A DNA stretch of 63,813 nucleotides, filler included, from Basidiobolus ranarum (GCA_040143965.1; 44 parts of 44 records of this genome joined end to end with filler, not necessarily neighbours in it); one strand, 5' to 3'; shown: positions 50,459 through 62,468, counted from the first letter of the whole stretch. Program-made: numbers and translations. The notes: generated by a model not told the origin, from the sequence alone.

Positions 50459-50798
50459 ATGCTTCTTCAACATATCTTGGTGCTATCTGCCTTATTGTTA
50501 GGTGCTTATGGCGAACCAGGACACAAGAACAGCAAAGTTAGGTATGGCAGTGGTAATGGAGCAGGGCATGGCCAAGATTCCCATGGAGAGAAGAAGACAT
50601 GTTCGGCTCCTCCTACTCAAGCCCCTTTTAATAATAAGGCGATTTCCTACAACCAGAAAACGGATCCCGCCAATTATGATTCAGTTGTAAAAGGGCCAGG
50701 ATACTCTGCTACGGCGTTGCTAAAAGCTGGTTGGGGGCCTGGAAAGGTTGTTACTGTCAATGGCTATAAATTCACTTTGCCTTACTGGGGCAAAGGTA
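50459..50798 (+). CDS. Secreted protein (3'-truncated) with a domain resembling actinobacterial glycoside-hydrolase accessory modules
   Basis: Signal peptide MLLQHILVLSALLLGAYG, TATAAAA at ~50389, then FNNKAIS..ANYD..YSATALLKAGWGPGKVVTVNGYKFTLP. Confidence 0.7.
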
Positions 50799-50898
50799 NN
50801 NNNNNNNNNNNNNNNNNNNNNNNNNNNNNNNNNNNNNNNNNNTTAATTAATTAANNNNNNNNNNNNNNNNNNNNNNNNNNNNNNNNNNNNNNNNNNNN

Positions 50899-52245
50899 AA
50901 TCTCACTTTTGATCATGTAAAATTGATCGTGCCATCTCTACTATGTTCCTGTTAGCACATTATGCAACTCCATTGTGCTGCGGAGTATAAGGTACAGTAG
51001 TTTGTTGCTTAATTCCATGTTTAGAGCAAGAACTAGCAAAGTCATTGGAGCAGTATTCTCAACCATTATCACTCCTTAGTGCCCTTATTTATTGTGCTGA
51101 TTATTTCCCTACCATTGTTTTGTAGTGCTTGAATGTAGTTAAGGCTTCAGATTTTGATTTGAGGAAGAATACCCAAGTATATGTTGTTTTGTAATCAATA
51201 AAGGTCATAAAGTACCTTTTCCCACCTAGTGAGACAATTTTCATGGGCCCACATGGGACAGAATGAATCAGTGCAAATTTCTGAGTGGATTCAATCTCTC
51301 CAGAGCTTGAAACCAGCTGTCTGTGATGTTTTCCATATATGCAACCTTCACACCAATCCAATTTGTTGATGTTTTAAATTTCTAAGCCTGAAACAAGCTG
51401 ATTCTGGATTATTTGAGTAAGTTTTGCTCCCCAATGTGGCCTAATCTGCTATGCCATGTTTGACAGCTTATTTCCCCCGTTTTGGCCATGTTTGCATGCT
51501 CAGAATGCAATTTGTTGATTTCCAGCTTGCATAAGTTTTGACTCTTGATCCCAGTAGCTAATTTGGTATTATTCCGATCAGTGAGAGTGCCTCCATCCTT
51601 ACTGAAAACAAAATTTAGTACTTGAGTTGTTGCTTGGTTTACTGAGAGTATATTTTTGGCTATATTTGGTACATAAAATTCATCATATACTTTTGCCAAT
51701 GGTGTAGTTGAATTTTGGTCTAAATTGAGCACAACTGCACCCTTACCAACTACATCTAGTACACAGTCATCATCTAAGTGGACTTTCCTTGTTTTGATTA
51801 GTTTTAAGCTGGAAAACCAATCTTTTCTGTTTGACATATGCTTGGAAGCTCCTTAATTCATGTACCACATTTCTGAGTCTTCTTTAGTGGTTACTGAGAG
51901 GGCAGACACAAATAGATGATCTCTTTCAGTGCCTACTTGATTTGCTTGTTCCAATTTTAGCTTTTGGGCAAATATCCTTTTTCTGGAATCTTTGATTAAA
52001 TGGCCTGGTTTCTTGCAATATTTGCAGATGATTGATTTTCTATTAAGGTATGACTATTAAAGACTGTTGGATATTTACAGCTCCAAAAAATGCCCGTTCT
52101 ACATTATTTTGCTGAGAATTAGATCTCCTTAATTTTTCATTCAAAAGCCTAGCACCAACATATTCAATTGTTAATGGCTCTGATCTTGATTCTAGGGCAA
52201 TTATGAGGTTCCCAAACTCATCTGGCAGGCTCCCAAGTAGTGTCA
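50899..52245 (-). mobile_element. Ty1/copia gag-protease-integrase
   Basis: WHSRLGHIGE, CEGCIYGKHHR, GGKRYFMTFID..TWVFFLKSKSE. Confidence 0.93.
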
Positions 52246-52345
52246 NNNNNNNNNNNNNNNNNNNNNNNNNNNNNNNNNNNNNNNNNNNNTTAATTAATTA
52301 ANNNNNNNNNNNNNNNNNNNNNNNNNNNNNNNNNNNNNNNNNNNN

Positions 52346-53512
52346 CAGAGAGAACAAGTTTACTGAGTCAACTTAAATCATTACCTAGGCAGAAATTTGA
52401 GAATCTTAGACCATCCTTAGAATTAGTTTACATGACTATTTATTTGAGAGAGGGTGCCAGGGTTTGCAGTGTTTATGCACCTATGTAGTAATATATTGCC
52501 CAGTTTTTAGTAATCCTATATTTCATTAAGACAGTACCCATTATTCTTGATTATTGCTTGCTTATAATATGTTAACCTACTTTGCAGTTCTCAGATATAT
52601 CGATTTTTCAAACTTGTGCTGGAAGGCCTAGACTTGGTACATATGCTCCTGGAACCTACCCCAACACATCACATATGTTTGTTAGCTTACATTGTGATAA
52701 AGTGAGGAATGTCAACTTTCTACTTGGAAAATTAATATCAGAAATCCATTAATTTCTCTAGTTACCTAAACCACTTCCAACAGGATTCCAAGTACTTTAG
52801 CACAATCTTCCTTGATATATTGTACAAATTTATAGAGTTACCTTTTATAAAACTCTGAAGTCAACTTTCTATACAATAAATCAAACAATAATACTACCAG
52901 TGCTTTTAGTGTTCCAAGTCACTTTTAATACACTCCTAAATAGCTTTAACCGGCTAAAAGTACTAAGCTTTAACTCTCTGTAATGTCACTTCCTAAACTT
53001 TGATAACTGTCCTTTGTGAAATATTGAATTCAATAATTATCAAGTTTAGAAAATAAAACATCAATGCTTCTCAAGTCTCTCATTTTTCTTCCTAGCTAAT
53101 GACTTTGTTAAGATATTGTTGCAAGATCTTGACATAATGGGGTAGACTTTGTATATTAGAGGCAACTTACAAAAGTGTTTTTAGTTATTTTATTATAAAA
53201 AAATATGGAGACTTATATAGTAAAGAAAGAAGTCAATTACTAGGGATGTGAAGAAGTTTGTATAATATGATATTATAGATAAGGGGGTAATGAGATGTAC
53301 AGGTTATATAGATGTAGAGATATTCCTAGTTAAAACATAGAGGCAAAGGACATATTGCTTTCTGATTCTAACATTTGCATTGTAAATAAAGACAAGTACA
53401 ATGTTGAATTGGTATCACTTACCCAACATGTGTCAGTAATCATGCCTTTTGTAGAATAACAAGTTAAGACAGTGAACCTATTCTCAATAGCCTCCCCAAT
53501 TAGTGATGTCTT
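52346..53512. repeat. Stack of LTR remnants (LTR-F pieces, diverged LTR-A at 53117-53428) after a PHIS end at 52346-52361
   Basis: Homology to 21311-21620, 30300-30491 and 38480-38796. Confidence 0.7.
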
Positions 53513-53692
53513 TGTTGAAATTATTTGGTGAGAAATATTGGTCTGGCCAGGATTTGAACCTGGGACCTCCCTCACTCTAGCCAGGTGCTCTAACCACTGA
53601 GCTACCAGTCCTTGTATGCTATGCCTATATTGCTAGGGAACCTTAACCTAGTCTGGCAATGTATGGTACTTTGGCATTTCAACTATACAAGC
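53513..53692 (-). mobile_element. tRNA-containing LTR, second copy (tRNA-like part 53539-53611)
   Basis: TGTTGAAA terminus; near-identical to the corresponding part of 43661-43822. Confidence 0.78.
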
Positions 53693-53792
53693 NNNNNNNN
53701 NNNNNNNNNNNNNNNNNNNNNNNNNNNNNNNNNNNNTTAATTAATTAANNNNNNNNNNNNNNNNNNNNNNNNNNNNNNNNNNNNNNNNNNNN

Positions 53793-54721
53793 CTTACATG
53801 GCCAGGTCTTTTTCAGTAATTGCAAGATATGTGATATCTCTTCTTGAAGTGCTTTGACCTTTATGAGATGGTTTCCCATAGCCTATTCAAGCATGATCCT
53901 AATGTGCATAAATCTCATCCAGAAGTCTGTCAAACAAATAATCTATGGTCAAATTTTCAGTTCTGGATTCTAGAGCCATTACTAGGCTCTGAGACTTTTC
54001 GGCAGGCTACTCAGGACTGTAACTATGAAACTTGATCAGTAGTGGGAACTCCAATTCATATTGTTTCATCCATTAATACAGTATTGCTACTTAGTAGTGA
54101 TTTAAAGTCTTCTCCTGGCTGTATCTTTAAGTTAAAGAATTGTCTTGTTAGAAACTTCTTCTTGATGGCAAAACATTTTTGGAGCTGTCTTCCAAGGCTT
54201 TCCATGCCTTCTTAGCAGTTTTAGCTCTTGAACATTGATTTAGCAATTTGTCTTTAACATTAAGACAATTGGTGTTGTAGGCACTATGTTCTTTTTTAAC
54301 CAAGAGTAAAACTTTGGTTTCATATATTTTGCATTGTTTTCTTCTCCTATAACAGTGTCCCAGAGTCATTTTTCTTGCAGCAGCATTTTAATTTTAATTT
54401 TTAAACTTGATAATTGGTTCCATCCAATTCATCAGAAGAGGGAAAAATTCCATAAATTTGAGAAGCTAACTTTGCAGAGAGTGCAAGCTTGGGGCTCATA
54501 ACCTATCAAAGTATTTGAGAGCCTGTTGGAAGTGGTTTGGAGAAATAGCAAGTTTGGTGGCTTTCTCTTATTAATTTATTGAGTAAAAGTTGATGTTTAT
54601 AGTTTGTCAAGGTATAAGCATAAACAGTGTAGAATGTGTTAAGGAAGGTCCCTGGAACATGTGTGCAAAGTCTGGGACTTCTAGTACAAGTATGAAAAAT
54701 CTACATATCTGAGAACTTCTA
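53793..54721 (-). mobile_element. 5' end of a Ty1/copia element: LTR-F (54504-54721), PBS (54492-54503), gag
   Basis: Minus strand GGTTATGAGCCC directly after the LTR. Gag reads AKTAKKAWKALED. Confidence 0.85.
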
Positions 54722-54908
54722 ATGCCAAATTTGAGCATCAATATTGTAACATATATGAATACTGTTAAAATACAATCAAGAAACCACCTTCACACCATCA
54801 AAATCCCTGGCAGAATGCAAGCACTGATATTGTGATGGTTCTCTGATGGTTTTGCTATTTTGGAGGGTGGATCCAATCCAGATCAAATTGATTTTATTTT
54901 TGTTAGGG
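54722..54908. mobile_element. CACTA-like end A, CpG-decayed copy
   Basis: ..ATTTTATTTTTGTTAGGG. Confidence 0.82.
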
Positions 54909-55239
54909 ATCTCATAGCATACAGACCAAAGAATAAATGATAAATCATGAAACTAAACATACCAAAAATAGGCAGACTTAGTTAACATAAAACATGCACT
55001 GGCTAGAATTGTGCAATTGGAATGTATCCTGCTCAATCCTAGCTATCTTAGATCAACATCATAGCTATAAGTGATGGATGAAAGTTTACTTTATTATTAA
55101 TACAGATCTCAACACAGCCTATGATCATGAGAACATCATNNNNNNNNNNNNNNNNNNNNNNNNNNNNNNNNNNNNNNNNNNNNTTAATTAATTAANNNNN
55201 NNNNNNNNNNNNNNNNNNNNNNNNNNNNNNNNNNNNNNN

Positions 55240-56586
55240 CTATAATCTCTAAGCATTGTGAAAGATGCAGCAGGGAATGCATTGAATATTGGCATAGATT
55301 CAGTCTATCTTCTTTAAACCTGTAATAAAGTTTTTCATATCCAATTGCAAAATCTTTGCCCAATTGTTGTATCTGCCTGAGATCTGCCAATGTGAGTTGA
55401 TGCCATAAGAATATATTAACAATATTGGCAAACAGCTCACAATGTTGCCAACTCTTATCAGGCAGAAGTCTTTTAAAATTTCACTTGAACATATACAAAT
55501 CCAATACTTCCAGTCTGTGTATTTGAATAAATGCCTAGATGAGTGGATATTAATGGGAGTTCTGGTAAAATATGATGGTATCTTGACATTTTCAAGCATT
55601 TTCCCAATCAATTCAAACTTTGATCCTATCTCAAATGGCTCATTCATATTGAATTTTCTACTGTATAGCTGAGTAAGCAGTTTTGGAATGTTGTTGAATG
55701 GTAAGTGCATGGTGCCTCATGGGAAGCGCCAGCTCCAGCTAATCCCCTTTAGCAATATAATCTTAGGCTTATGGCTACTGGCAAGTTCAATGTTAGACTG
55801 ACTATTTGGTGAATTGATATCAGTGGTCTTATTGAAATCTGACCAGGCTCTTGATGGTAAAATCATGAAGTTTAGTGTTTTATTAGGACAGTAGTGATAT
55901 GTAAGCCTGTTAGAGTAAACTCCATTGATTTGACAAAATGTACAGCAAGATGTTGCATTGTGCCCACAAAAATCTCCATGTTTACTGATGGCAGGAGTGT
56001 CACCAATACATACAATGATATTAGCTTTAATAAAATATTCACCCATCTGAACCCTATTAAATAACCATTCAAAGTCCCCAATCAAAGGCTCCAAGAAGCT
56101 ATCTATAAGCACTGGTGATTTAGGTCCTGTTATGATGGATAGTAGCAAAATATTATGACTATTATACCATTCAGAAGGAGGAAGATTTAAGTTGATTAAA
56201 GTTATTGACCAGCAAGCCTTTCCAATAGTATATCTGTTTAGTGAGAAACCATCCAGAGCCAATGCAAATGCATGATTGTACATGTTCTCAAAGAAACCTT
56301 GACTTTTCAGATTCAGGTAGTGATATCCATCAAGTATATCAGTAATACCATTGGCTTTATGGTGAGTACTTTGGTATTGATCAATGATCTATATCTGGAT
56401 GATTTCATCAAAACTTTAATATGGGGATTCAATGTTATGTAAGCCAAATATGAACACTATTAATCTGATTCAGAGATTGCCAATTGTGTGCAAACAGTAC
56501 ATGACTTCAGGTTTTTCAAAAAACTAGTAAAGCCAAACAACCATTTGGACATGAAGGTAGTTTAATTACTAAAGGATTATAAGTCA
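55240..56586 (-). mobile_element. CACTA/EnSpm (Tnp2/Transposase_21-type) transposase, longest fragment in the window
   Basis: ALDGFS, NLNLPPSEWY..NILL..GPK..DSFLEPLI, GDTPA..GHNA..C..C, MHL.F.NI, HSLLHL. Confidence 0.92.
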
Positions 56587-56686
56587 NNNNNNNNNNNNNN
56601 NNNNNNNNNNNNNNNNNNNNNNNNNNNNNNTTAATTAATTAANNNNNNNNNNNNNNNNNNNNNNNNNNNNNNNNNNNNNNNNNNNN

Positions 56687-57259
56687 TTGTCTTGCTTTTC
56701 TCTTTACACCTCTGTTGATTACTCTTGCCATAGTGTCCTGAAATGTTGTTTTGAACTCTGCAACCTCCATCAATAGTTGCTGCAAAGTCTCATTGAGTAG
56801 TGGCAATTATCCATTTAGAACATCTTTGTCTCTAAAGCTGAGGCCACAATGGTCACTTCCAGTCCATACAAGTGATAATGCAATTGGAAACATGTCTTTG
56901 CAGACTCAAAATCAAAATTCCTAATTCTCAATTCACGCTTTCTATCCTCATGAGTCTTATTGTATTTTTTCTTGCAGACTTCTGAAGGCATGAAGATATA
57001 GTATTCTCTCCTAAGCAGAGTAAAAAGTTGCTTCCACTTTTGTCTAATGCCCTCTTCTGCAGCTTCTGTCAAGTTTATGAATAACTCCCATATATCCAAG
57101 AAATGAATTCATAGTGGATACCTGAGCATCTGTAAAATCATTAGGCATATGCTGCTTAGCACCAACCACACCTTCATTTGACTGTGCACACAAAATTTTG
57201 GAAGTGGTGGTTTCCTGTATCAAAGTTGGTTGTGAATCAGGAAGAATCTGTTTTGACAT
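56687..57259 (-). pseudogene. Myb/SANT (trihelix)-like accessory ORF of a PIF/Harbinger-type element, frameshifted at ~57100
   Basis: FTDAQV..FL/DIWE..RQKWKQLFTLLRRE..EVCKKKYNK resembles the helix pattern of Myb/SANT-like domains. Confidence 0.55.
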
Positions 57260-57643
57260 GATACGTAACTACCTTATATATCTATGATGTTAGAATTTAT
57301 TGATTTCAATCAGAATTAGGAATCTTTTTATATTATTGGTTAAAATGTCAAAGTTAATTTCCTATAGTGTGATCAAGCATAATGCATTCCACTTTGAGCC
57401 ATTTTAATATGTACACTAAATAAATTGATTTGGATCAAACTATGATTAACTTTGCTGATGCAGTTTATTATATAATTTCCATGCAATTACACAAAATTGA
57501 AATAATTAGGATAATAAACACAAACAGAAATTTTATTATACAGAATGTAGGGAATTTTACCATGATAATTCAAACTCTCAGATAAATAACTTGCATGTGC
57601 CAGATCAATCAGTATTGTGCCAGCTCAATACAAGATTAATATC

Positions 57644-58032
57644 ATGCCCTCCATCCACTCTAAATGGTCATTCCTCATTAATCCAAAAGCAACCACTGGC
57701 TTTCCTATCACCACCCTGAAGGCTATATTTGAGAAATACTGTGGCTCATATACTCCAATACCTACCAGAAAGCAGCTAGTCAATTTGTTTTGTTACTACA
57801 AAAACTATTTTCCAATTGGATTTCAGTGCACTATTAATAGTAGCAAAAGTGGGAGAAGCTTCCATACCAAGCTTCAAGTAAGTGAGAATTATCTAGCTTC
57901 AGTGGTGAATGATGTTGAAGATGCCTGGGACCAAAGATTTAGAGGCTCTTATTTCCTTCCATTTCCTGGAGTTTTTCCCAATAGAGTTCATATCAGAAGT
58001 ATTCTTGACACATTTCCAGTCAGAATTAACAG
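57644..58032 (+). mobile_element. Probable N-terminal half of a PHIS DDE transposase
   Basis: TTGF....IF motif, then ILDTFPVRI (context of the first catalytic Asp). Divergent from the Myb-like ORF; CpG-depleted. Confidence 0.55.
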
Positions 58033-58132
58033 NNNNNNNNNNNNNNNNNNNNNNNNNNNNNNNNNNNNNNNNNNNNTTAATTAATTAANNNNNNNNNNNN
58101 NNNNNNNNNNNNNNNNNNNNNNNNNNNNNNNN

Positions 58133-58527
58133 TCCATCACCTGAATAACACTAGGATCTACATTTTCAAGAGTAGTGAGATAAAATCCACCAAATACAAA
58201 TAGCCGTGCATCATCGGCAGCACAACTGTTTCCACCAATTGGCAATTGGATTGCATTTACGGGAAAGATGGGGATTGCTGGCGTTTAACAACCAATATTA
58301 CTATAGGTAGCAAATTGCTGTATATAGCAATTTGGTCTTCCAATTCTCCAGTCAATTGTTAAATTCCTCTGCTGTAAATGCTCATGTGAGAAGCCACCAA
58401 ACATGATGACACACTTCATCAAGTGCGGAACTGCCATGTATGAATAGCCTTGTCCAGATATCTTGGCTAACGTTATCATAAGTGGTCCAATCTTTGTGCG
58501 TAACTCATAATAGGATACAGCTGACAT
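58133..58527 (-). pseudogene. Kelch/beta-propeller-like ORF with one in-frame stop (58285-58287), 3'-truncated
   Basis: GYSYMAV..CVIMFGGF and GGNSCAADDARLFVFGGF lie in one frame across a TAA. Confidence 0.5.
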
Positions 58528-58667
58528 TGAATAGCTAAGAGAAATTTTCAAACGTGTAATCTCTTGTTAGTAGCACTCTATTTATTTAACCATCTATGAT
58601 GGTACAGCAAAACCAATACAAGCCTAATAAGATGAATATTGCATAATAAGCTTCATAATTTTTAAAC

Positions 58668-59387
58668 TTAACTTGTACGTGGCCTCTTAAACACAGTTGT
58701 TGTTTCATCATCATCATTATCATCATCTTTTTCTTCTTCAATTAAACTAGGTTCATTGGAACGATTATGCGTAATGGCTGGCTCATCTGAGTGTGGATCA
58801 CTACATCCAGATATTGATATATCTACTTGGCTAATCCTTTGTTCGTCAGACCTATTGCTCCCGATTTCTTCCTCATTGTGAGTCTGATCAGCAGAGGCAT
58901 CATCACCAACAAGTGTTGTATTAAGCAATAAATTGCTAGTCTGCACGCCATTCAAAATATCTAATAACATGGTTCTTGTATCTGAATGAAATCTACTGTC
59001 TATATAGCCTTCTAGCTCGGTAATTCTTCGCCTAGCCTCAGTTAGGGATCCCTGTAGCTGCTGAATTCGTCTACACATGTCCAGAAGAATTTCGTGACGT
59101 ACTCCCTCTCGATACTCAGTTAATGTTTCCTTGACATGCGCGTAGGCTTCAGCCAAACAATCATTTGTCACAGTTGTAATTGTACTATGTTCTGAAGTTA
59201 GCTGACTTTCTGGAATACTTTGCGAACGTGTTTGCCTATCACTTCTGCCTCTCCTACCACGGCCCCTTCCCCTTCTACCTCTTCTTCTACCTCTTCTTTG
59301 GTTTTCTGGTTGTGGTGATTGAAGGCCTGCCGTAGATGGTTCAGTGGATGTCTGCGCTATTGTAGGAGTTGATTGCCTATCAGTCAT
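58668..59387 (-). CDS. Hypothetical 239-aa protein: RG-rich basic tract, coiled coil, acidic tail, C-terminal KRPR
   Basis: Intact intronless ORF with CpG retained. RRGRRRGRRGRGRGRRGR; heptads IQQLQGSLTEARRRITELE. Confidence 0.65.
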   Translation of the reverse strand: MTDRQSTPTIAQTSTEPSTAGLQSPQPENQRRGRRRGRRGRGRGRRGRSDRQTRSQSIPESQLTSEHSTITTVTNDCLAEAYAHVKETLTEYREGVRHEILLDMCRRIQQLQGSLTEARRRITELEGYIDSRFHSDTRTMLLDILNGVQTSNLLLNTTLVGDDASADQTHNEEEIGSNRSDEQRISQVDISISGCSDPHSDEPAITHNRSNEPSLIEEEKDDDNDDDETTTVFKRPRTS

Positions 59388-59578
59388 ATTAGGTGGATGG
59401 CTATTTTTTCTGACTGCTATCAGACATTTATATGCAACTATGAGAGATAATGTTTGGATTTAAACTTGAAGCTGATTTNNNNNNNNNNNNNNNNNNNNNN
59501 NNNNNNNNNNNNNNNNNNNNNNTTAATTAATTAANNNNNNNNNNNNNNNNNNNNNNNNNNNNNNNNNNNNNNNNNNNN

Positions 59579-60242
59579 GCAAAAAGCCACACAAACACCA
59601 CAAAGCACCCTCAGTAGTGTAACACTACAAGGATGTACAAAAATAGTCAAAGTGCTTGAGGAGTATTTTCAAAAGTATGAAGGCAAAAATGCAGTGCAAG
59701 TATGCAGAAAGTGGCTTCAGAAGGAGAACATTCAACTCAACATTCAGTATGGTGTTGACCATTCCAATATCTGGGAAGAACTTAATACAGAGTGGCACAA
59801 TATTGCAGGGTATCTGCCAGATAGCTGGAAAAATGTTGATTCAGCAATGTTACTGCAATGGTGGGCTTTGATGGAGATACTGATACAAACTCATGTTGGG
59901 TATGAGCCAAACCTTGGGTATGAAGAACTCTATAAAAATATTCAAGAGAATGTATCAAAGAGACTAGGATATTTGAAGATGACAAGTCAGAATTCAAGTG
60001 GTAATTGAGTAAAATTTGAGTTATGTTTTTTGCACATGTGTTGATCCATAGTTCTCAGAGATTGTAGACAATTATGTGCAACTATTTTGCAAGATCTTGA
60101 AATTTCACTCCTGAAACTGAAAAAATTGATTAAAATCAGATCTGACTTGACAATTTTATGACAGTAAGTAAATGGTCAATCCCAAATGGATCAAAATTGT
60201 GATAGGTTTCCTACAATAACAAACCTCAAATTTCTGTTAGGG
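59579..60242 (+). mobile_element. CACTA-like ORF2 C-terminus and end B (..TTTCTGTTAGGG)
   Basis: ORF 59652-60008 followed by the terminus. Confidence 0.82.
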
Positions 60243-60923
60243 AGTTCTTGACAAACCATTGGTAAAAGTTTGCAAATCCAAGGAAAGATTGGACATCCCT
60301 CACATTCTAAGGAATATCCCAAGACAGAACAGATTCAACCTTCTTAGGGTCCATGAAGATGCCTGATGGGCTGATGTTATATCCCCAGAATTTAACTTGA
60401 GCTCGATCAAATTCACATTTCTCAAGTTTAGCATAGAGCCCAGAGATTTTCAACTTTTCTCAGCCCTAACAAAAAATATTTAGATATGCATTTCAAACTA
60501 TTTTCTTACTGTTTTATAGTGGCATTATGCTGGTATTGCAACATAATTCTTATGGTTTCTCTACCTGTCTTCTTTTCCTCCTATTTTCTTATGGTATTCC
60601 TATCCCTATATTTGTGTTTTCTCTGGTTTTCCTCTGGTATTCATTCCCATTTTTTTCATAGGGTAGGACTTGAAAAACATGAATATTCTTTTCTTCTCGA
60701 GAGCTTTAGAAGACCAATATATTGTCAAGATAGACTACCACAAATTGGCCAAGATACTCTCTGAAGATATCATTAATCATGTGTTAAAAGACTGCACAGG
60801 CATTGGTAAGTTCAAATGGCATGACATTGTATTCAAAGTGTATATAGTGAGCTCAAAAGGCAGTTTTCCATTAGTCTCCTGATTTGATTCTTACAAGATT
60901 GTAAGCACCTCTTAGATCAATTT
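60243..60923 (-). mobile_element. Ty3/gypsy RT fragment interrupted by a MITE
   Basis: KIDLRGAYNLVRI, VMPF.LTNA, VVYLDNILV, YAKLEKCEF. Second copy at 62009-62368. Confidence 0.9.
60464..60663. mobile_element. 200-bp MITE with CCCTA..TAGGG ends (CACTA-like)
   Basis: CCCTAACAAAAAA...TTTTTTTCATAGGG. Gypsy RT continues on both sides. Confidence 0.7.
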
Positions 60924-61023
60924 NNNNNNNNNNNNNNNNNNNNNNNNNNNNNNNNNNNNNNNNNNNNTTAATTAATTAANNNNNNNNNNNNNNNNNNNNN
61001 NNNNNNNNNNNNNNNNNNNNNNN

Positions 61024-62008
61024 CAAGAGCTTATTCTCATTGTGAATGGTAACAAGAGTCAGCTATTTGCCAAGTGTCAGTGCTTTTCAAAATTTCAGAT
61101 GTTTAGCAATTTTTCCACCATTAGTTTGCAGGTAAAGCATATTGATGTTGTTGAGTTATGTCTAATCAGTCAAATATATGCATATGTACAGACTAAACAC
61201 AACTAGATTCTTGTATTTTTTGATTCTCATTATGGCTGGAATACCAAGCCTAAAATATCTAAATACAGGCATGCATATTAATTTGCATTCCTACTGCAGT
61301 AAACCCAGTAATTTGCCATTCAAAAATTATATTTTTGCAAAAATTGCTGGATATTGAATAACGCATGCCAAATTTGAGGATCAATTTTTTAACAAGTATG
61401 AATACTGCTAAGATACCATCAAGAAGCCACTGTCACATCATCAAAATCCCTGGCAGAATACAAGCCACCAATATTGTGATGGTTCTCTGACGGTTTTGCT
61501 ATTTTGGAGGGTGGATCCAATCTGGATCAAATTGATTTCATTTTTGTTAGGGTACATTGTGGCACAATATTGCACAGTATCCACCGGATAGCTGGAAGAA
61601 TGTTGATTCAGCAACATTAATACAATGGTGGGCTTTGATGGAGATATTGACACAAACTCAAGTTGGGTACGAGCTAAACCTTGGGTATGAAGAACTCTAT
61701 AAAAATATTAAGGAGATTATATCAAAGAGACTAGGGATTGCAAAGGTGACAAATTAGCATTCAAGTGGTAATTGTGTAAAATTTGATTATGTTTTTCTCA
61801 CATGTGTTGATCAATAGTTCTCTGAGATTTTAGCCAATCATGCACAACTATTTTGCAAGATCTTGAAATTTCTCTCCTGAAACTAAAGAAATTGATTAAA
61901 ATCAAATCTAACTTGACAATTTTATGATGGTAAGTAAATGGTCAATCCCAAATGAATTAAAATTGTGATGGTTTTCCTACGATAGCAATCCTCAAATTTC
62001 TGTTAGTG
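61024..62008 (+). mobile_element. CACTA-like transposase end with end A (61552), fused to ORF2 end with end B (62008)
   Basis: Both termini are present; homology to other copies. Confidence 0.8.
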
Positions 62009-62468
62009 AGAGCAAAGTTGGATGCATCAGTTTTAACAATAAATGGCTTGTCTAGCTTGGGATGTGCCAGGATTGGTGCTGAGGTAAAAGCACCTTTTAA
62101 AGTTACAATTGTTTGTTGGCAAGATGGGTGCCAGTCAAATGGGAGTTCTTTCTTTGTAAGGTTTGTTAATGGAGCAGCTATTTTGGAGTAGTTCTTGACA
62201 AACCATTGTTAAAAGTTTGCCAATTCAAGGAAAGATTCGAGATCCTTCACATTGTTGGGAATATCCCAAGACAGAACAGATTCAACCTTCTTAGGGTCCA
62301 TGGAGATGCCTGATGGGCTGATGTTATATCCAAGGAATTTAACTTGAGCTTGATCAAATTCACATTTCNNNNNNNNNNNNNNNNNNNNNNNNNNNNNNNN
62401 NNNNNNNNNNNNTTAATTAATTAANNNNNNNNNNNNNNNNNNNNNNNNNNNNNNNNNNNNNNNNNNNN

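Noticed and set aside
53330-53575. ORF starting MREVPGSNPG
   Set aside because: It is a translation of the tRNA-like T arm and adjacent LTRs.
54909-55139. Possible LINE endonuclease N-terminus
   Set aside because: It needs frameshifts and rests on only a few residues.
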